Below, one piece after another: positions 10,691 through 21,800 of a stretch of DNA of 64,000 bases. Under the pieces are notes generated by a model. It was given only the letters and a program-made list of their open reading frames with translations, was not told where the DNA came from and did not search any database. The DNA comes from a virus, in IMG/VR virus record IMGVR_UViG_3300019472_000035, positions 1-64,000 of that record. One strand, written 5' to 3'. Position numbers and translations under genes: made by a program. Within the stretch, counting starts at the first letter, position 1, and the number at the start of each line of letters is the position of its first letter.

Positions 10691-11494
10691 ATGGCACAAC
10701 AAACAGGCAAAAACTTTGTATTGAATGGTGTTGGCGAAGCATGGGCGAAACGAGTTGTAAACGGCAAAGTTGAAGCCTATAAACTCGGTACACTTCAAAC
10801 AATGAAACTATCTTTCAGTTCCTCTGATGAAAAAGTCTATGGTTCTGATGCTTTACCACCAATCTATATCTTGAATAAAGAATCCAATGTTCAAGCATCT
10901 TTCACCGAAGCACGTTTCAACCTTGATTACTTGGGTGTAACTGCTGGTGCTGATGTTGACAACAACGGTACTTTAATCTTTAGTGTAAAACCTACATTGA
11001 TTGCAAGCGGTACTGCATTTACCGTTCCAAGTGTAACAAATGTTATCCCAGAAGATACAATCGTTGTACTTGCGAATGACAATCAAATGGAAGACGAACG
11101 TGTGACACTAAAATACGTTAAATCTCAACTTCCATCTTCTGGCGAATTTACAATTACTGCAAGCGGTGTAATCACTTTAGGTGATTCTGTAACAAACAAA
11201 TACATCGAAGTATCTGGTCTTCGTACTGATACAACTAGCCGTAAAGCTACAATGAAAGCAACTAGCGTACCACAATTCGTTGAAATCCGTCACGTTTCCA
11301 ATCCTGTTGATATGGGCGATGGTAAGAAAGTTATCTTGCATACTCATATTTTCCGTGCTAGAGCGACTGGCAAAATGGACATTGACCATGAACGTCAAAA
11401 AGCATCTGCACCACAACTTGAATTTGAAGTTATGTATGATACTACTCGTACAGACGGAAAAATCTTGGAAATCACACAAGAAATCCAAGGCTAA
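10691..11494 (+). CDS. Major tail (tube) protein
   Basis: 267 aa, Ser/Thr/Val-rich beta-type sequence, GGAGA RBS, followed by the strongest terminator in the module. This is the classic major-tail position upstream of the chaperone and tape-measure genes. Confidence 0.7.
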   Translation: MAQQTGKNFVLNGVGEAWAKRVVNGKVEAYKLGTLQTMKLSFSSSDEKVYGSDALPPIYILNKESNVQASFTEARFNLDYLGVTAGADVDNNGTLIFSVKPTLIASGTAFTVPSVTNVIPEDTIVVLANDNQMEDERVTLKYVKSQLPSSGEFTITASGVITLGDSVTNKYIEVSGLRTDTTSRKATMKATSVPQFVEIRHVSNPVDMGDGKKVILHTHIFRARATGKMDIDHERQKASAPQLEFEVMYDTTRTDGKILEITQEIQG

Positions 11495-11496
11495 TC

Positions 11497-11528
11497 TCAT
11501 GGGGGCATCTTCGGATGCCCCTATTTTT
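11497..11528 (+). terminator. Rho-independent terminator GGGGGCATC ttcg GATGCCCC + TATTTTTTAT
   Basis: Perfect 9-bp GC-rich stem with a tetraloop and a T-run. Confidence 0.85.
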
Positions 11529-11558
11529 TATTATATGGAGTACTATGGAGATATATAG

Positions 11559-11966
11559 ATGTCAAACACTTTAATTCCACAAGAAAAATACATTATGCTT
11601 AATGGCAAAGAATACAAGATTTATCCGATGCTATTAAAAGATTACAACAAGGTTGAACGTCTATTGTCTAAAATAAATGACCAGTATTTATATTTGAACT
11701 TACCATCACCAATTTTAGACGAAGATGGCAAAGAAGTGTTAGATGCCAATGGCAAGGTGAAATATGACTATGTGGCATTTAACTCCATGTGTGAACTGTT
11801 TGAGATGGCGTTACGTATTCCACGGAAAGAACTAATTAACGCAATCGACTTAGACAATGGTGTTCAACTGTTGGATGAATATTTATCTATTAGCGGATTA
11901 AAAAAAAAGATGATGGGTCTAATGGCACAGGAACTACCGAAGATAAATCTACAGGACTTGACCTAG
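11559..11966 (+). CDS. Tail assembly chaperone (G-like, frame 0 product)
   Basis: 135 aa immediately upstream of the tape measure; contains the slippery A-run near its 3' end. Confidence 0.7.
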   Translation: MSNTLIPQEKYIMLNGKEYKIYPMLLKDYNKVERLLSKINDQYLYLNLPSPILDEDGKEVLDANGKVKYDYVAFNSMCELFEMALRIPRKELINAIDLDNGVQLLDEYLSISGLKKKMMGLMAQELPKINLQDLT

Positions 11967-12169
11967 TCATTGCATCTTTGGTACAACACACAAGTGAAAC
12001 CAGAGAATCACTAATGAGATATACTTTACCAGAACTAGAGGGGTTATCTGTTGCATTAAACGAAAATAATAAAACAGATACAGACGATAGTAATACTTTT
12101 GTTGACTCTGATTCCGTCACAGGGGCAGATGCGGTACGTGGTCTTTTGAGTTCTGGGTACGCATCATAG
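11559..12169 (+). CDS. Tail assembly chaperone GT-like fusion via a -1 programmed frameshift at A_AAA_AAG (11902-11908)
   Basis: Heptamer A AAA AAG at 11902-11908 in frame 0. The -1 frame is open from 11906 to 12169 with no start codon of its own until 11978. This is the canonical arrangement preceding a tape measure gene. Confidence 0.65.
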
Positions 12170-12180
12170 GAGAATAATTA

Positions 12181-15100
12181 ATGGGAAACAAAAAATTCGG
12201 ATATGACATAAAAATAGACTACAGTCAAGCAACCGAGAATACCAATCGAGTGACCTCTAGTATTCTACAGTTGCAACAAGCCGTAGAACGACTAAAAAGA
12301 AACTCTGACATTCAGATTAAATTCACTGGTCTTCCACGACAACTTGATAGCATCACAACAAAAACTGCTACATTGGCTAATGCGTTGGAAAGAACGGCTC
12401 AAAGTGGCAATCTTGCATCTAAGTCTTTTGATGGTATGTCTGCTAAAATGCAGTCGCTTAAAAAAGATGGTGAAGCACTTGCCAAGGGTTTACAAGATTC
12501 TGCCAATGCAATCAAGAAACTAGAGTCTTCAAACCATAGCACATTAAGAGATGGCAACAAGGCTATGACAGTTGGTACACAAATCAACCAACTTAAGAAC
12601 CAAGCCGATGTCTTATATCAAGCATGGAAAGCGAACAACGTAGGTAAAGAACAATATCTTCAACAAATGACGGCAATCCAAGGCAAGTTAAACACCTTGT
12701 ATGGTCAACAACGGAGAATTAATAAAATTACCGAAGAACATATTCCATTGTTAAAGCAATGGGGTTTTGAATTAGACAAAGTCGGTTCACGACTTGGGTA
12801 TTTTGCTACACGTTGGGCTGCATTATGGGTCGGTGATAAAGTCATGGATTCTCTATCTGCTTTACCAAAAGTAGAACAAGATATGGCTGGGTTCGCCCAA
12901 GTAATGAAACATGGCACAGGTGAAACAAATGCGTTCGCACATAGTTTAATGCAAGTTGACCCATCTCATATGGTCAATAGTTTGCAACTTAGCGGTGACG
13001 AAGCAGAACACTTTAAAACAGAACTAGGTAGTATGCAAGTAGAATTGCAAAACCTTGCTATAAAGTATGGTACAACAAGTCATGAAATGATTGAGTCTGC
13101 TAAGTTATGGGGTCGTGCATACAAGGACAATAACACAGTTCTTGCCTTAACAGATGCGGCTACAAAACTTGCGGTTGCCGATGCGTTCGACATTGTGTCT
13201 GCAAACAAAGCGTTGGAATCCTCAATCATGCAATGGGGTTTTCAAATCAAGAACTCCAATGATGCCATGAGTGTTTCAAGCCGTATTATTGACTCATGGA
13301 CATCTCTTGCACATAACTATACGGTTTCTGCACAAACATTATCCGAAGCAAACAAACGTATGGCACAATCCGCAGCTGAAGTCGGTGTATCATTCCATTC
13401 CGCACAAGCACTTGTTGCCGTTATGGCACGTAAAACGCAAGCAGAGGGTGGTGAAATCGGTAACGCCTTAAAGTCTATCTTCGGTTCTATCCACTCTAAG
13501 AAAGCTATTAAAGCATTACAAGATTTTGGTATCGAAGTTTACAAGGTTGGTGAAAACGGAGAGCGGTCATTCCGTAAAGTAGACGATGTGTTGCTTGATT
13601 TAATGATTAAAGCACAAGGGTCTAAGGAATCCATGGAAGACTTGCTAAAGGCAATCTCTGGCGGTAAATGGCAATGGAATAAAGCCGATGCCATGTTGGA
13701 CTTAAAAGAATACCTAGAAGCCTTACGATTGTCGTCTTCCGCTATGGGATTTACAAATGCACAAGTTGGTATGCAACTTGACACAATCCAAACCAAGATA
13801 AAACAAATTGCCGCACAATGGGAGAAAATGGTAACAACCAATGGTAATGTGTCTAAGACTATTAAAGCTGGACTAGACCTTGCTATGGGGTTCTTGCAAC
13901 TATTGAACAAAATCCCATCTAGCACATTTGTTGTCCTTGGTGGTTTGATGGCTGTTTCTTACGCTACATCAAAACTAGGGATAACCTCAAAAACTGTACA
14001 AACTTCTATTTCTCTTGGATGGAATAAGTTGACCGCAGCCGTTGCAAGATATAACTTTGCCGTATCTGCCACAGGCTCTAAAACTGCTGGTATGAAAGCT
14101 GCGTTCGCTGGTGCTGGCGGTGCAATCAAAGGTATGGGTCGTGCGGTACAATCTGCAACTGCCTTTATGGGTGGTTGGATAGGTATTATCCTTACGCTTG
14201 GCACTTTGTTGGTCGATTTTGTAATGAATATGGATTCTGCATCCGATGCAATCAAAAAAGATATTCAAACACAAAACGAACTATTGCAAAGACAAGAAGA
14301 ATACTATGGTCGATTGTCTGAATCTCAGAATGTCGTATCACAATATATTACCGCCCTTAGTGGTCTAAAAGAAAAGCTATTAGAGGTCGGTCAACAAACA
14401 GAAGAATATACACAAATCGAAGCCGAAATTAAAACCGCAAAAGACGGCTTAATTGAAATCCTTGGCGAAGAACAAACCGCATGGGTATTATCTGGCGACA
14501 CCATTGAGGAACAAAACCGTAGAGCATCACAAGCGGTTGAAGAAAAGAAAAAAGAAGTTCGCCATCAAATCGCAATGACGAGAGCAGCCGTTGTTGAAGC
14601 ATCTAAGAAACTAAGGGAAATGGCAAATGAAGACATTAAGTCAATCCAAAGTGAGGAAACTCCGTGGAAAAGACGGTTTGAAATCATTTATCATTTCTTA
14701 GATTTAATATCTGCGGTTCAAGATGCATGGAATAGACTCATGAGAACCATGAGTGAACAAGGGGCACAAGTTGCCGAAAGCACATATGCCAAAGCTGAAC
14801 TTGACAGGTCAGATTTACAATCTCAATATGACTATGCAGTAGCACATGGCGAAACTGTATCTGCCTTTATTTTAAAACAACGACTTGACCTTGCACAAAC
14901 ACAAGCAGCCGATGCACGAGCAGAGATGTATCGTATTAAAGAAAATGCTGATTATTATAACAAACAAGTTGAGGAAACAAACTCAAAAGTCGTCATTGCA
15001 GCATCTAAAGAAGCCTTAGAGGGTCTTGGCGGTGGTGGAGGAAGTACACTACCAGCTATTACCGACAGTAACACTGGCGGTGGCACAACTGGAGATTACG

Positions 15101-17133
15101 CACGAGATGAACTCGGTGATGATAGCGGTGGCGGTAGTTCTAAAAAAGGTTCTAAGGGTTCTAAAGGTAAGACCGTAAAACCAGCAGATGTCGCACCTAT
15201 TTTAGATGCGGCAAACGAACAACTTGGAAAGCCATATGAACTAGGGGCGGATGGCACATGGGCAACAGACTGTGGAAAACTATTCGCCGATGCAGTTCGT
15301 GAGTCATTTAACGTAGATATGCCACGATACGTTCCTGACATTATGGCTAAAGCAAGAGCAGCTGGTGCATGGCATGATGAGGGTGACGGCTATGTCGCAC
15401 GTGCTGGCGATGCAGTTGTTGTTCTCGGAGATAATCATGTTATTATTGCAGATGGTAAAGGTGGATATACAGGAGCAAACTCTAGTACAGGCGTTATTGC
15501 AAAACCATCTATTACTGGAGATTTTGGTGCGATAACAGGCACAATTGATATGTCTAAAATGCTTGGATATGCAAGTGCTTCCGAATCAAAAAGACAAAAC
15601 TCTTTAGCGAAAAAAGCAGAAACACGTAGAAAGAAAGCCGAAGAATTAACTGAAAAGTTAAACGCTAAAATGGAAGAAATGGAAGCCGCCATGATTCCGA
15701 AAGAGCAACAAGAGTTTACAAAAAGAACGGCTGAACTGCACAAGAAAATGACGGAACTTAATCGTCAACTGATTACTCTTGTCCAACTTGACCCAAAAGC
15801 AGATGTAAAAAAATATAAAGAAGTCATGGAAAAATACAATTCCATGATGGAACATCGTTTACAAGATGAACAACGTGATAAAAACTATGACGAAGCCACT
15901 CAAATGGCAAAAGACCGTCATGAGAGTGAAGACCTTGATATGGAAATCGCTGGTACATCTGAAAACTTTTGGACAAGAGATATTCGTAATGCACAACGCT
16001 TGGTTGAACTGTATATCATCAAGGTAAAACAATACAACGACATGGTTGCAGCCTTTAAGCGTGGTGACTCACAATATACCGAAGCAGACATCCGTAAGGC
16101 TGGTATTGAACTTAAGAAATTACAAGTACAAATTAACAAGACTGGTAATGACTTAAACAAAAACATCCGTCAACAAACTCATGATGTATTCCATTCGATG
16201 ATATTCGAGGGCAAGAAGTTTAAGGACGTTTGGAAAGACCTGTGGCGACAACTTGCGGAAGACACATTGAAAATGTTGTTTAAAATCGAAGATGGCAACG
16301 GTGGTTTAATCCAAAATCTGTTAAGGAAAACAGATAAGAAATACCAAAAGGGTATTAATCCACTCCAAGGACTTGTCAAAAAAGGTGGCGATGGTAACAT
16401 TGGTGGTGTTGACGAAACATTGAACCAACAACTATTGGCTACACAAGCGACACAAAATCTTGATAAAAACTTTGAAACATTTTTGGCTAATACGCAAAAC
16501 GGTACTGCATGGAATCAAGCGACATTTACCGATGCCGTAATCTATGGCAATGTCAATGGTGACAAAAACAGTATTGATTTACCAGAGGGTAACAAAGATT
16601 CCAAAGATAATAAAACCGATGTATCTAAGTATATTAATGCTGGCATAAAACTTGGTGGCTTAGGTAACAATAAGTGGTTGGGTGCATTGGGTACTGTTGC
16701 TGGGTTTGCACGACAGTTCGGTTTATTGAAATTCGCAAGCGGTGGTGCAGTCAATAAAGACCAATTGGTTCGTGTCGGTGAGGGCGATAAAAAAGAATGG
16801 ATTATTCCAACCAACGATAAGAAACGTGGATTACAACTGTTGAATCAAGCTGCACGTGACCTTGGGGTTGGTGAAACCAAAGGCATTGAACCTAATTGGA
16901 AAAATCCAAATACATCTACAGGGGCATTATCGGAACAAACCAAACGACAAGACCGAATGATGAATCAAATGGTCGCAAACACATCAGCTATGACTAAGGG
17001 GATGAACTATATGGCGAACAATGGTTCTACACATGAATCTATTGCACAACCTGTGTTTGTTAAACAAACGATTTCTGACCAAGACTTCTTGGCGAAGTAC
17101 AACAAGTTGGTGGCACTTGGGAAAATGAAATAA
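12181..17133 (+). CDS. Tail tape measure protein (1650 aa) with an embedded NlpC/P60- or CHAP-like peptidase domain
   Basis: Very long coiled-coil-rich ORF after the chaperones. A Gly-rich linker is followed by ...ATDCGKLF...GDNHVIIADG... (Cys/His peptidase signature) at nt ~15180-15520. Confidence 0.85.
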   Translation: MGNKKFGYDIKIDYSQATENTNRVTSSILQLQQAVERLKRNSDIQIKFTGLPRQLDSITTKTATLANALERTAQSGNLASKSFDGMSAKMQSLKKDGEALAKGLQDSANAIKKLESSNHSTLRDGNKAMTVGTQINQLKNQADVLYQAWKANNVGKEQYLQQMTAIQGKLNTLYGQQRRINKITEEHIPLLKQWGFELDKVGSRLGYFATRWAALWVGDKVMDSLSALPKVEQDMAGFAQVMKHGTGETNAFAHSLMQVDPSHMVNSLQLSGDEAEHFKTELGSMQVELQNLAIKYGTTSHEMIESAKLWGRAYKDNNTVLALTDAATKLAVADAFDIVSANKALESSIMQWGFQIKNSNDAMSVSSRIIDSWTSLAHNYTVSAQTLSEANKRMAQSAAEVGVSFHSAQALVAVMARKTQAEGGEIGNALKSIFGSIHSKKAIKALQDFGIEVYKVGENGERSFRKVDDVLLDLMIKAQGSKESMEDLLKAISGGKWQWNKADAMLDLKEYLEALRLSSSAMGFTNAQVGMQLDTIQTKIKQIAAQWEKMVTTNGNVSKTIKAGLDLAMGFLQLLNKIPSSTFVVLGGLMAVSYATSKLGITSKTVQTSISLGWNKLTAAVARYNFAVSATGSKTAGMKAAFAGAGGAIKGMGRAVQSATAFMGGWIGIILTLGTLLVDFVMNMDSASDAIKKDIQTQNELLQRQEEYYGRLSESQNVVSQYITALSGLKEKLLEVGQQTEEYTQIEAEIKTAKDGLIEILGEEQTAWVLSGDTIEEQNRRASQAVEEKKKEVRHQIAMTRAAVVEASKKLREMANEDIKSIQSEETPWKRRFEIIYHFLDLISAVQDAWNRLMRTMSEQGAQVAESTYAKAELDRSDLQSQYDYAVAHGETVSAFILKQRLDLAQTQAADARAEMYRIKENADYYNKQVEETNSKVVIAASKEALEGLGGGGGSTLPAITDSNTGGGTTGDYARDELGDDSGGGSSKKGSKGSKGKTVKPADVAPILDAANEQLGKPYELGADGTWATDCGKLFADAVRESFNVDMPRYVPDIMAKARAAGAWHDEGDGYVARAGDAVVVLGDNHVIIADGKGGYTGANSSTGVIAKPSITGDFGAITGTIDMSKMLGYASASESKRQNSLAKKAETRRKKAEELTEKLNAKMEEMEAAMIPKEQQEFTKRTAELHKKMTELNRQLITLVQLDPKADVKKYKEVMEKYNSMMEHRLQDEQRDKNYDEATQMAKDRHESEDLDMEIAGTSENFWTRDIRNAQRLVELYIIKVKQYNDMVAAFKRGDSQYTEADIRKAGIELKKLQVQINKTGNDLNKNIRQQTHDVFHSMIFEGKKFKDVWKDLWRQLAEDTLKMLFKIEDGNGGLIQNLLRKTDKKYQKGINPLQGLVKKGGDGNIGGVDETLNQQLLATQATQNLDKNFETFLANTQNGTAWNQATFTDAVIYGNVNGDKNSIDLPEGNKDSKDNKTDVSKYINAGIKLGGLGNNKWLGALGTVAGFARQFGLLKFASGGAVNKDQLVRVGEGDKKEWIIPTNDKKRGLQLLNQAARDLGVGETKGIEPNWKNPNTSTGALSEQTKRQDRMMNQMVANTSAMTKGMNYMANNGSTHESIAQPVFVKQTISDQDFLAKYNKLVALGKMK

Positions 17134-17142
17134 CACAACTTT

Positions 17143-17190
17143 TGTGTAATTTTTGACACTATATGTGAGGGGTGATAAACCCCTCGCATT
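17143..17190 (+). promoter_or_regulatory. Copy 2 of the 23-mer, followed by the hairpin GAGGGGT gataa ACCCCTC
   Basis: Same motif as at 1268; the hairpin includes the GAGGGG of the motif. Confidence 0.4.
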
Positions 17191-17196
17191 ATTACT

Positions 17197-17634
17197 ATGG
17201 GAGGTCATATGGAAGACATTACAAAATACTTGGGTCTGAAATACGGCTTTAATCATAAAAAGAATCAATATCATTGTGTCGATGTTTGCCGTATGTGGTA
17301 TAAAGACCACGGATACAAACATTGTTTTGACGATGGAAAGAAAGACCCAACATCATGCGAAGATTTTCACAAAAATCATCAACTAAGGGTGTTGCGGTAT
17401 TTATTGAAACACTTCGATAAGGTTCGTGATATTGATAAATTGCAACATGGCGATGTGATTGTATTCAACGTAGATGGCGACTTACATACTGGCGTATATC
17501 TACAGAATGGACAAATACTTGCGATGCAAGTTCCATGTATTGAAAACGTATCACTATCTGCCGTATTCAAACGTAGCTATTGGCAACCATTGTTTTACTG
17601 TGGTTTCCATCAAGAACGCAGCGAAAGGAATTAA
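17197..17634 (+). CDS. Tail protein with NlpC/P60-like domain (lambda gpK-like)
   Basis: YHCVDVCRMWY (catalytic Cys context) and HGDVIVF...DLHTGVYL (His). Confidence 0.6.
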   Translation: MGGHMEDITKYLGLKYGFNHKKNQYHCVDVCRMWYKDHGYKHCFDDGKKDPTSCEDFHKNHQLRVLRYLLKHFDKVRDIDKLQHGDVIVFNVDGDLHTGVYLQNGQILAMQVPCIENVSLSAVFKRSYWQPLFYCGFHQERSERN

Positions 17635-17636
17635 CA

Positions 17637-18011
17637 ATGGCGACATATCCAAAGTTTCCATTGCCGTATATATTCGAGGTTGAAAAAGGTCTAAAGTTTG
17701 CCACACAAGAAGTCACATTTGAATCTGGCAAGAAACAAGTGCGACAACTTGCGGTAACACCAAAGAGAACTTGGTCAATTTCTTTACGAGGAACAACAGA
17801 CCAACAAAAGATATTTGAAGACTTTTGTGAATCCGTTGGTGGTAACACAAGACCATTCTTGTTTACCGATGAATATGGCAAGGAACAGTTATGCAGATTC
17901 GCAACCAACGAATTTAACATGAAAGTACTACGAGATTTTACAATTGAGAATGGTACTCATGGTAATGCCGTTGGATTTACTGCGAATGTACAAATCGAAA
18001 AATTATTATAG
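17637..18011 (+). CDS. Minor tail protein (lambda M-like, hypothetical)
   Basis: GGAA RBS then ATG at 17637; position in the tail-tip module. Confidence 0.5.
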   Translation: MATYPKFPLPYIFEVEKGLKFATQEVTFESGKKQVRQLAVTPKRTWSISLRGTTDQQKIFEDFCESVGGNTRPFLFTDEYGKEQLCRFATNEFNMKVLRDFTIENGTHGNAVGFTANVQIEKLL

Positions 18012-18020
18012 GGAGTATAC

Positions 18021-18842
18021 ATGATTAATTTACCTGTGGCGTTTCGAGAAGCACTAGAAAGTGGCTCGGTATTTGACATTGAGTTATACGAAGTTCACAT
18101 ACCGAATTTAACACTTTATTTATGCTCTTGCGATGTCAACATTCAATTCAATGGTCATACATACTTGGCATTGCCAATCAGACGTGGTGAGATTGATAAA
18201 ACGGTAGATAATTCGATTGACTCTTGTGAGTTACAGATTTCTAATGCAACTGATAAATTTACTCAATTATTATTTAAGGGTATTCCATTCACAGGCAGTC
18301 GAGTGTATATCTACCGAATTTTATACCCAGATTCATTAACCAACGCAAACATGATTAAACCTGTGTTTATGGGGCGTGTTGATGCACCAGAATTAACAAC
18401 AGATGGCATCTTCAAAGTAACGGTCACAACAGATGTTCCGAACGTGCGTGGCGGTCGTAGAACACAATATTCTTGTACATCTGTATTCGGTGATGAGTCA
18501 TGTCAAGCACAAATCGAAACATTACAAACAACCGTTGATTCAATCACACAAGATGAACATGGTTTTCGTGTTGGTATCCGCAACCCAGCAGACCAAAAGA
18601 CATTCACAAATGGTGTCTTAATTATTAGCGGTGAAGCACGTAAGATTGTTGACTTTAAAGATGCTGGTGCTGGTATTTACTTGGAATATCCATTATTGCA
18701 ATCACCAGATATTCTAATTGGTCAACAAGCGACAATCCAATCTGGATGCGACAAGACACCAACGGATTGTAAACGACATGGCAATCAAAAACGATATGCT
18801 GGGTTCTTATCTGTACCATTTGAATTTACGGTACGGACTTAA
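18021..18842 (+). CDS. Tail tip protein (lambda L / BR0599-like) with a C-terminal Cys cluster
   Basis: C-terminal CTSVFGDESC...GCDKTPTDCKRHGNQKRYAGF resembles the Cys-containing C-terminus of L-type tail tip proteins. Confidence 0.55.
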   Translation: MINLPVAFREALESGSVFDIELYEVHIPNLTLYLCSCDVNIQFNGHTYLALPIRRGEIDKTVDNSIDSCELQISNATDKFTQLLFKGIPFTGSRVYIYRILYPDSLTNANMIKPVFMGRVDAPELTTDGIFKVTVTTDVPNVRGGRRTQYSCTSVFGDESCQAQIETLQTTVDSITQDEHGFRVGIRNPADQKTFTNGVLIISGEARKIVDFKDAGAGIYLEYPLLQSPDILIGQQATIQSGCDKTPTDCKRHGNQKRYAGFLSVPFEFTVRT

Positions 18843-18879
18843 TTTTTACAGTGAAGCAAAGCGAACGAGGTATTAATAT

Positions 18880-21800
18880 ATGGGTAAAGGCGGTGGCAAG
18901 GGCGGTAAAGGTCGTGTAGCAAAATTCATTGGTCTTGCTGCTGGTATTGCCTTTGGTTTTGGTGGTGGTGCTTGGGGGTTCTTAAAAGCGGCATCTGTAT
19001 TTAGTCGTGTAATGTACGGTTTATCCCTTGGTATGTCCATTGGTGGTTTATTCGATAAATCACCAAAGCAATCAACACCAGAATCAACATTCGACTCTAA
19101 GAATAACCAAGTAACATCCGAGGGTACAATCCCAATTGTCTATGGACAAACTAAAGTTGGTGGTCTACAGACATTCCATAAAATGGACGTTGGTGGTAAA
19201 CGCTTGGACAAAGACGTGGTTCTTTGCGAGGGTAAAATCCATGACATCTTCGGTGTTACTGCCAATGGTTATCTAACAAGCGTACAACGCTTGAACGAAA
19301 CAAAACAAACGAAAATACCTGTGTTTGGTATTCGTAATAATAAATATCCAGATGCGAAAATATCTGTTGAAACAGGCGTTGCGGAAAAACGTGGCTTTAT
19401 GGGTCATAAACCAAACGCATCGCAACAATCAATCTATCAAGATAATGTAGACTATGGGTCATTTAACAAGTTCAAAAAGCTGAAATTGACTGCCAATGGT
19501 AAAACTGTATATATCTTCTTAACAGATGATAATACAACGATTGACCTACAGTACTCATTGGCTTGTAATACGTTTGGTAAAATCTATCAAATCATCTTGG
19601 GTGACACATACCTATCCGACTTACAAACCGATGGTTGGGAGTTGGTCAATCCAGTGATTTGTCAAAACTCTCCATCCTGTTTAGATACCTTTGGTGAATC
19701 TCCATGTTATAAACGAGATGTGTACTGTATGACGAACGGTAGTCAAGACGGTAGTAATTCTACGGTTTATACACACCTTGGTGGTAAAGACCAAGATGCT
19801 CCAGACCAATACTTAACAACAGGCGGTTATCCGAATATGGCATACGTTCATGCGGATTTACGCTATTCGGAAAAAATGGGTGCTGGCAATCCAACGGTGA
19901 CTGCTATCGTGCAAGGTATGATTGTATACGATTGGCGTGATAAACAGTATAAATATTCTAAAAATCCTGTTGTATGTCTATATGACTACTTGACAAATAA
20001 AACATACGGTGCTGGTCGGTATGTTACATCAGATATTCTTGACATGGAATCGTTTACCGATGTGGCAAACTATTGTGACGAAGAAATCACATACAATGAC
20101 CCATACGGTGTCACAAAAACAGAACCAAGGTATCAGCTTGATATATGCTTGAACGAAACCAAAACACATCAAGAAAACATTCAATCAATCTTGAACTCAT
20201 TCCTTGGGTTCATTGTGTTTTCAAACAATTCAATCAAACTACGGTGTGAACGATTAGAACAACCTGTGTATGCGTTCAATGATGATAACATCGTGGAAGA
20301 AACCCTCAGTTATAAATCCGCATCTATTGACCAAAGTCCGAACAAGTTTAATTTAACGTACGTAGAACCAGCATTGGATTATACGGCGGTTAAATTAATC
20401 GTTGAAGATGCCACAAATCAACTACCTCCGCCAATCGGCATTGGTAGACCTGTGGAACAAGATATTGATTTCAAGGGTGTTCGCAGACAAACTCAATGTT
20501 TGCGACTTGGGAAGATTGCACGAGATATTATTCGTTTGTGTCCGATTACGGTAACATTCAAAACAGGTCTTATGGCTTCTCACTTGGAAGCTGGCGATAT
20601 TGTAACAATCTCCAAAACATACATTGATGAAGACGGTGTTAAACAAGAGTTATTCACCAACCAACAAGCACGTATCACCGAAATAAAAGAAGAAGACGGT
20701 ACATTTGAAATTACCGCACGACAATACAATCCATCTATCTATGATGATACATTCGGTGCATCTTTAAAGGTATTCGGTACAGTTGGTAACGACAAACCAA
20801 TCAGATTAACACCAGCAACTGTTAAACCTGTTGAGAACATTCAATTCAATCAAATCTACCGTGGTAAAGTCGATGGCTTACCAACGTATGACATCGTGTT
20901 GTCCTTTGATGAACCAGACGACATAGAGTTCCGTTCTGCATCGGTTTACATTCAAACCGTACACAATGGTATGGCTGGTGAATGGAAGAACTATGGTGAA
21001 TCCAAAGGTATCACAACTATTATGGGTCTTAAACGTGGCGACACAATCAACGCACGTATTATACCAAACGATTCCAAAGGTATTGAACATGAGGAATCCA
21101 TGTCTGCTCCATCGTATACTGTGGTTTCCAAGTTTGGTGCACCAGAGATGCCACAGAACTTACGACTTAAGGTTACAGACGAAGCACGTATCACATGGGA
21201 TATAATCAAGAATACCGATATAGACCATTATGAAATTTCAACCACTGGGTTCTTTAACAATGGTGCAGTTGTATCAGTTGACAATGAAGCACCGATTACA
21301 TTAACAATGCGTACTGGCAAGATTTATGTCCGTGGTGTAAACATTGATAATGTCGCTGGTCCAGCGAATTTTGTAACATACGATTATCCAGAATTAAATG
21401 TTCCTCAATTAAATTACATCAAATCACAATCTGGTGCGTTCCAAGTTGTTCTAAGGGATACACCAAAGACAAGTCCACCGATATTAAAAACCGTCTTTAG
21501 AGTCAACGATAAAGACTTTAGAACCGATACCAATGTGTTTACATATGTTGACGACCCAGCGGTATACAATGTGTCTTATGCATATGAAGATTACTTTGGT
21601 ACTGGTGCGTTTTCTAATGGTCAGAGTGCGGTGATTAAACAGAATATCAATCAAGATTTAATCAATCGTGCAACCGCAGCAATCCAAAGTGTTGAACAGA
21701 TGCAAGCAAACATTGACACTATCAATACACGGATTCAAAATGCGGTCACAGAACAAATCCAAAATTCAATCGGTGGTGCAAAATTAGAAATCACCAAAGC

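Noticed and set aside
13539-14274. Several 95-128-aa minus-strand ORFs inside the tape measure gene
   Set aside because: Antisense to a conserved long gene. No start or RBS context.
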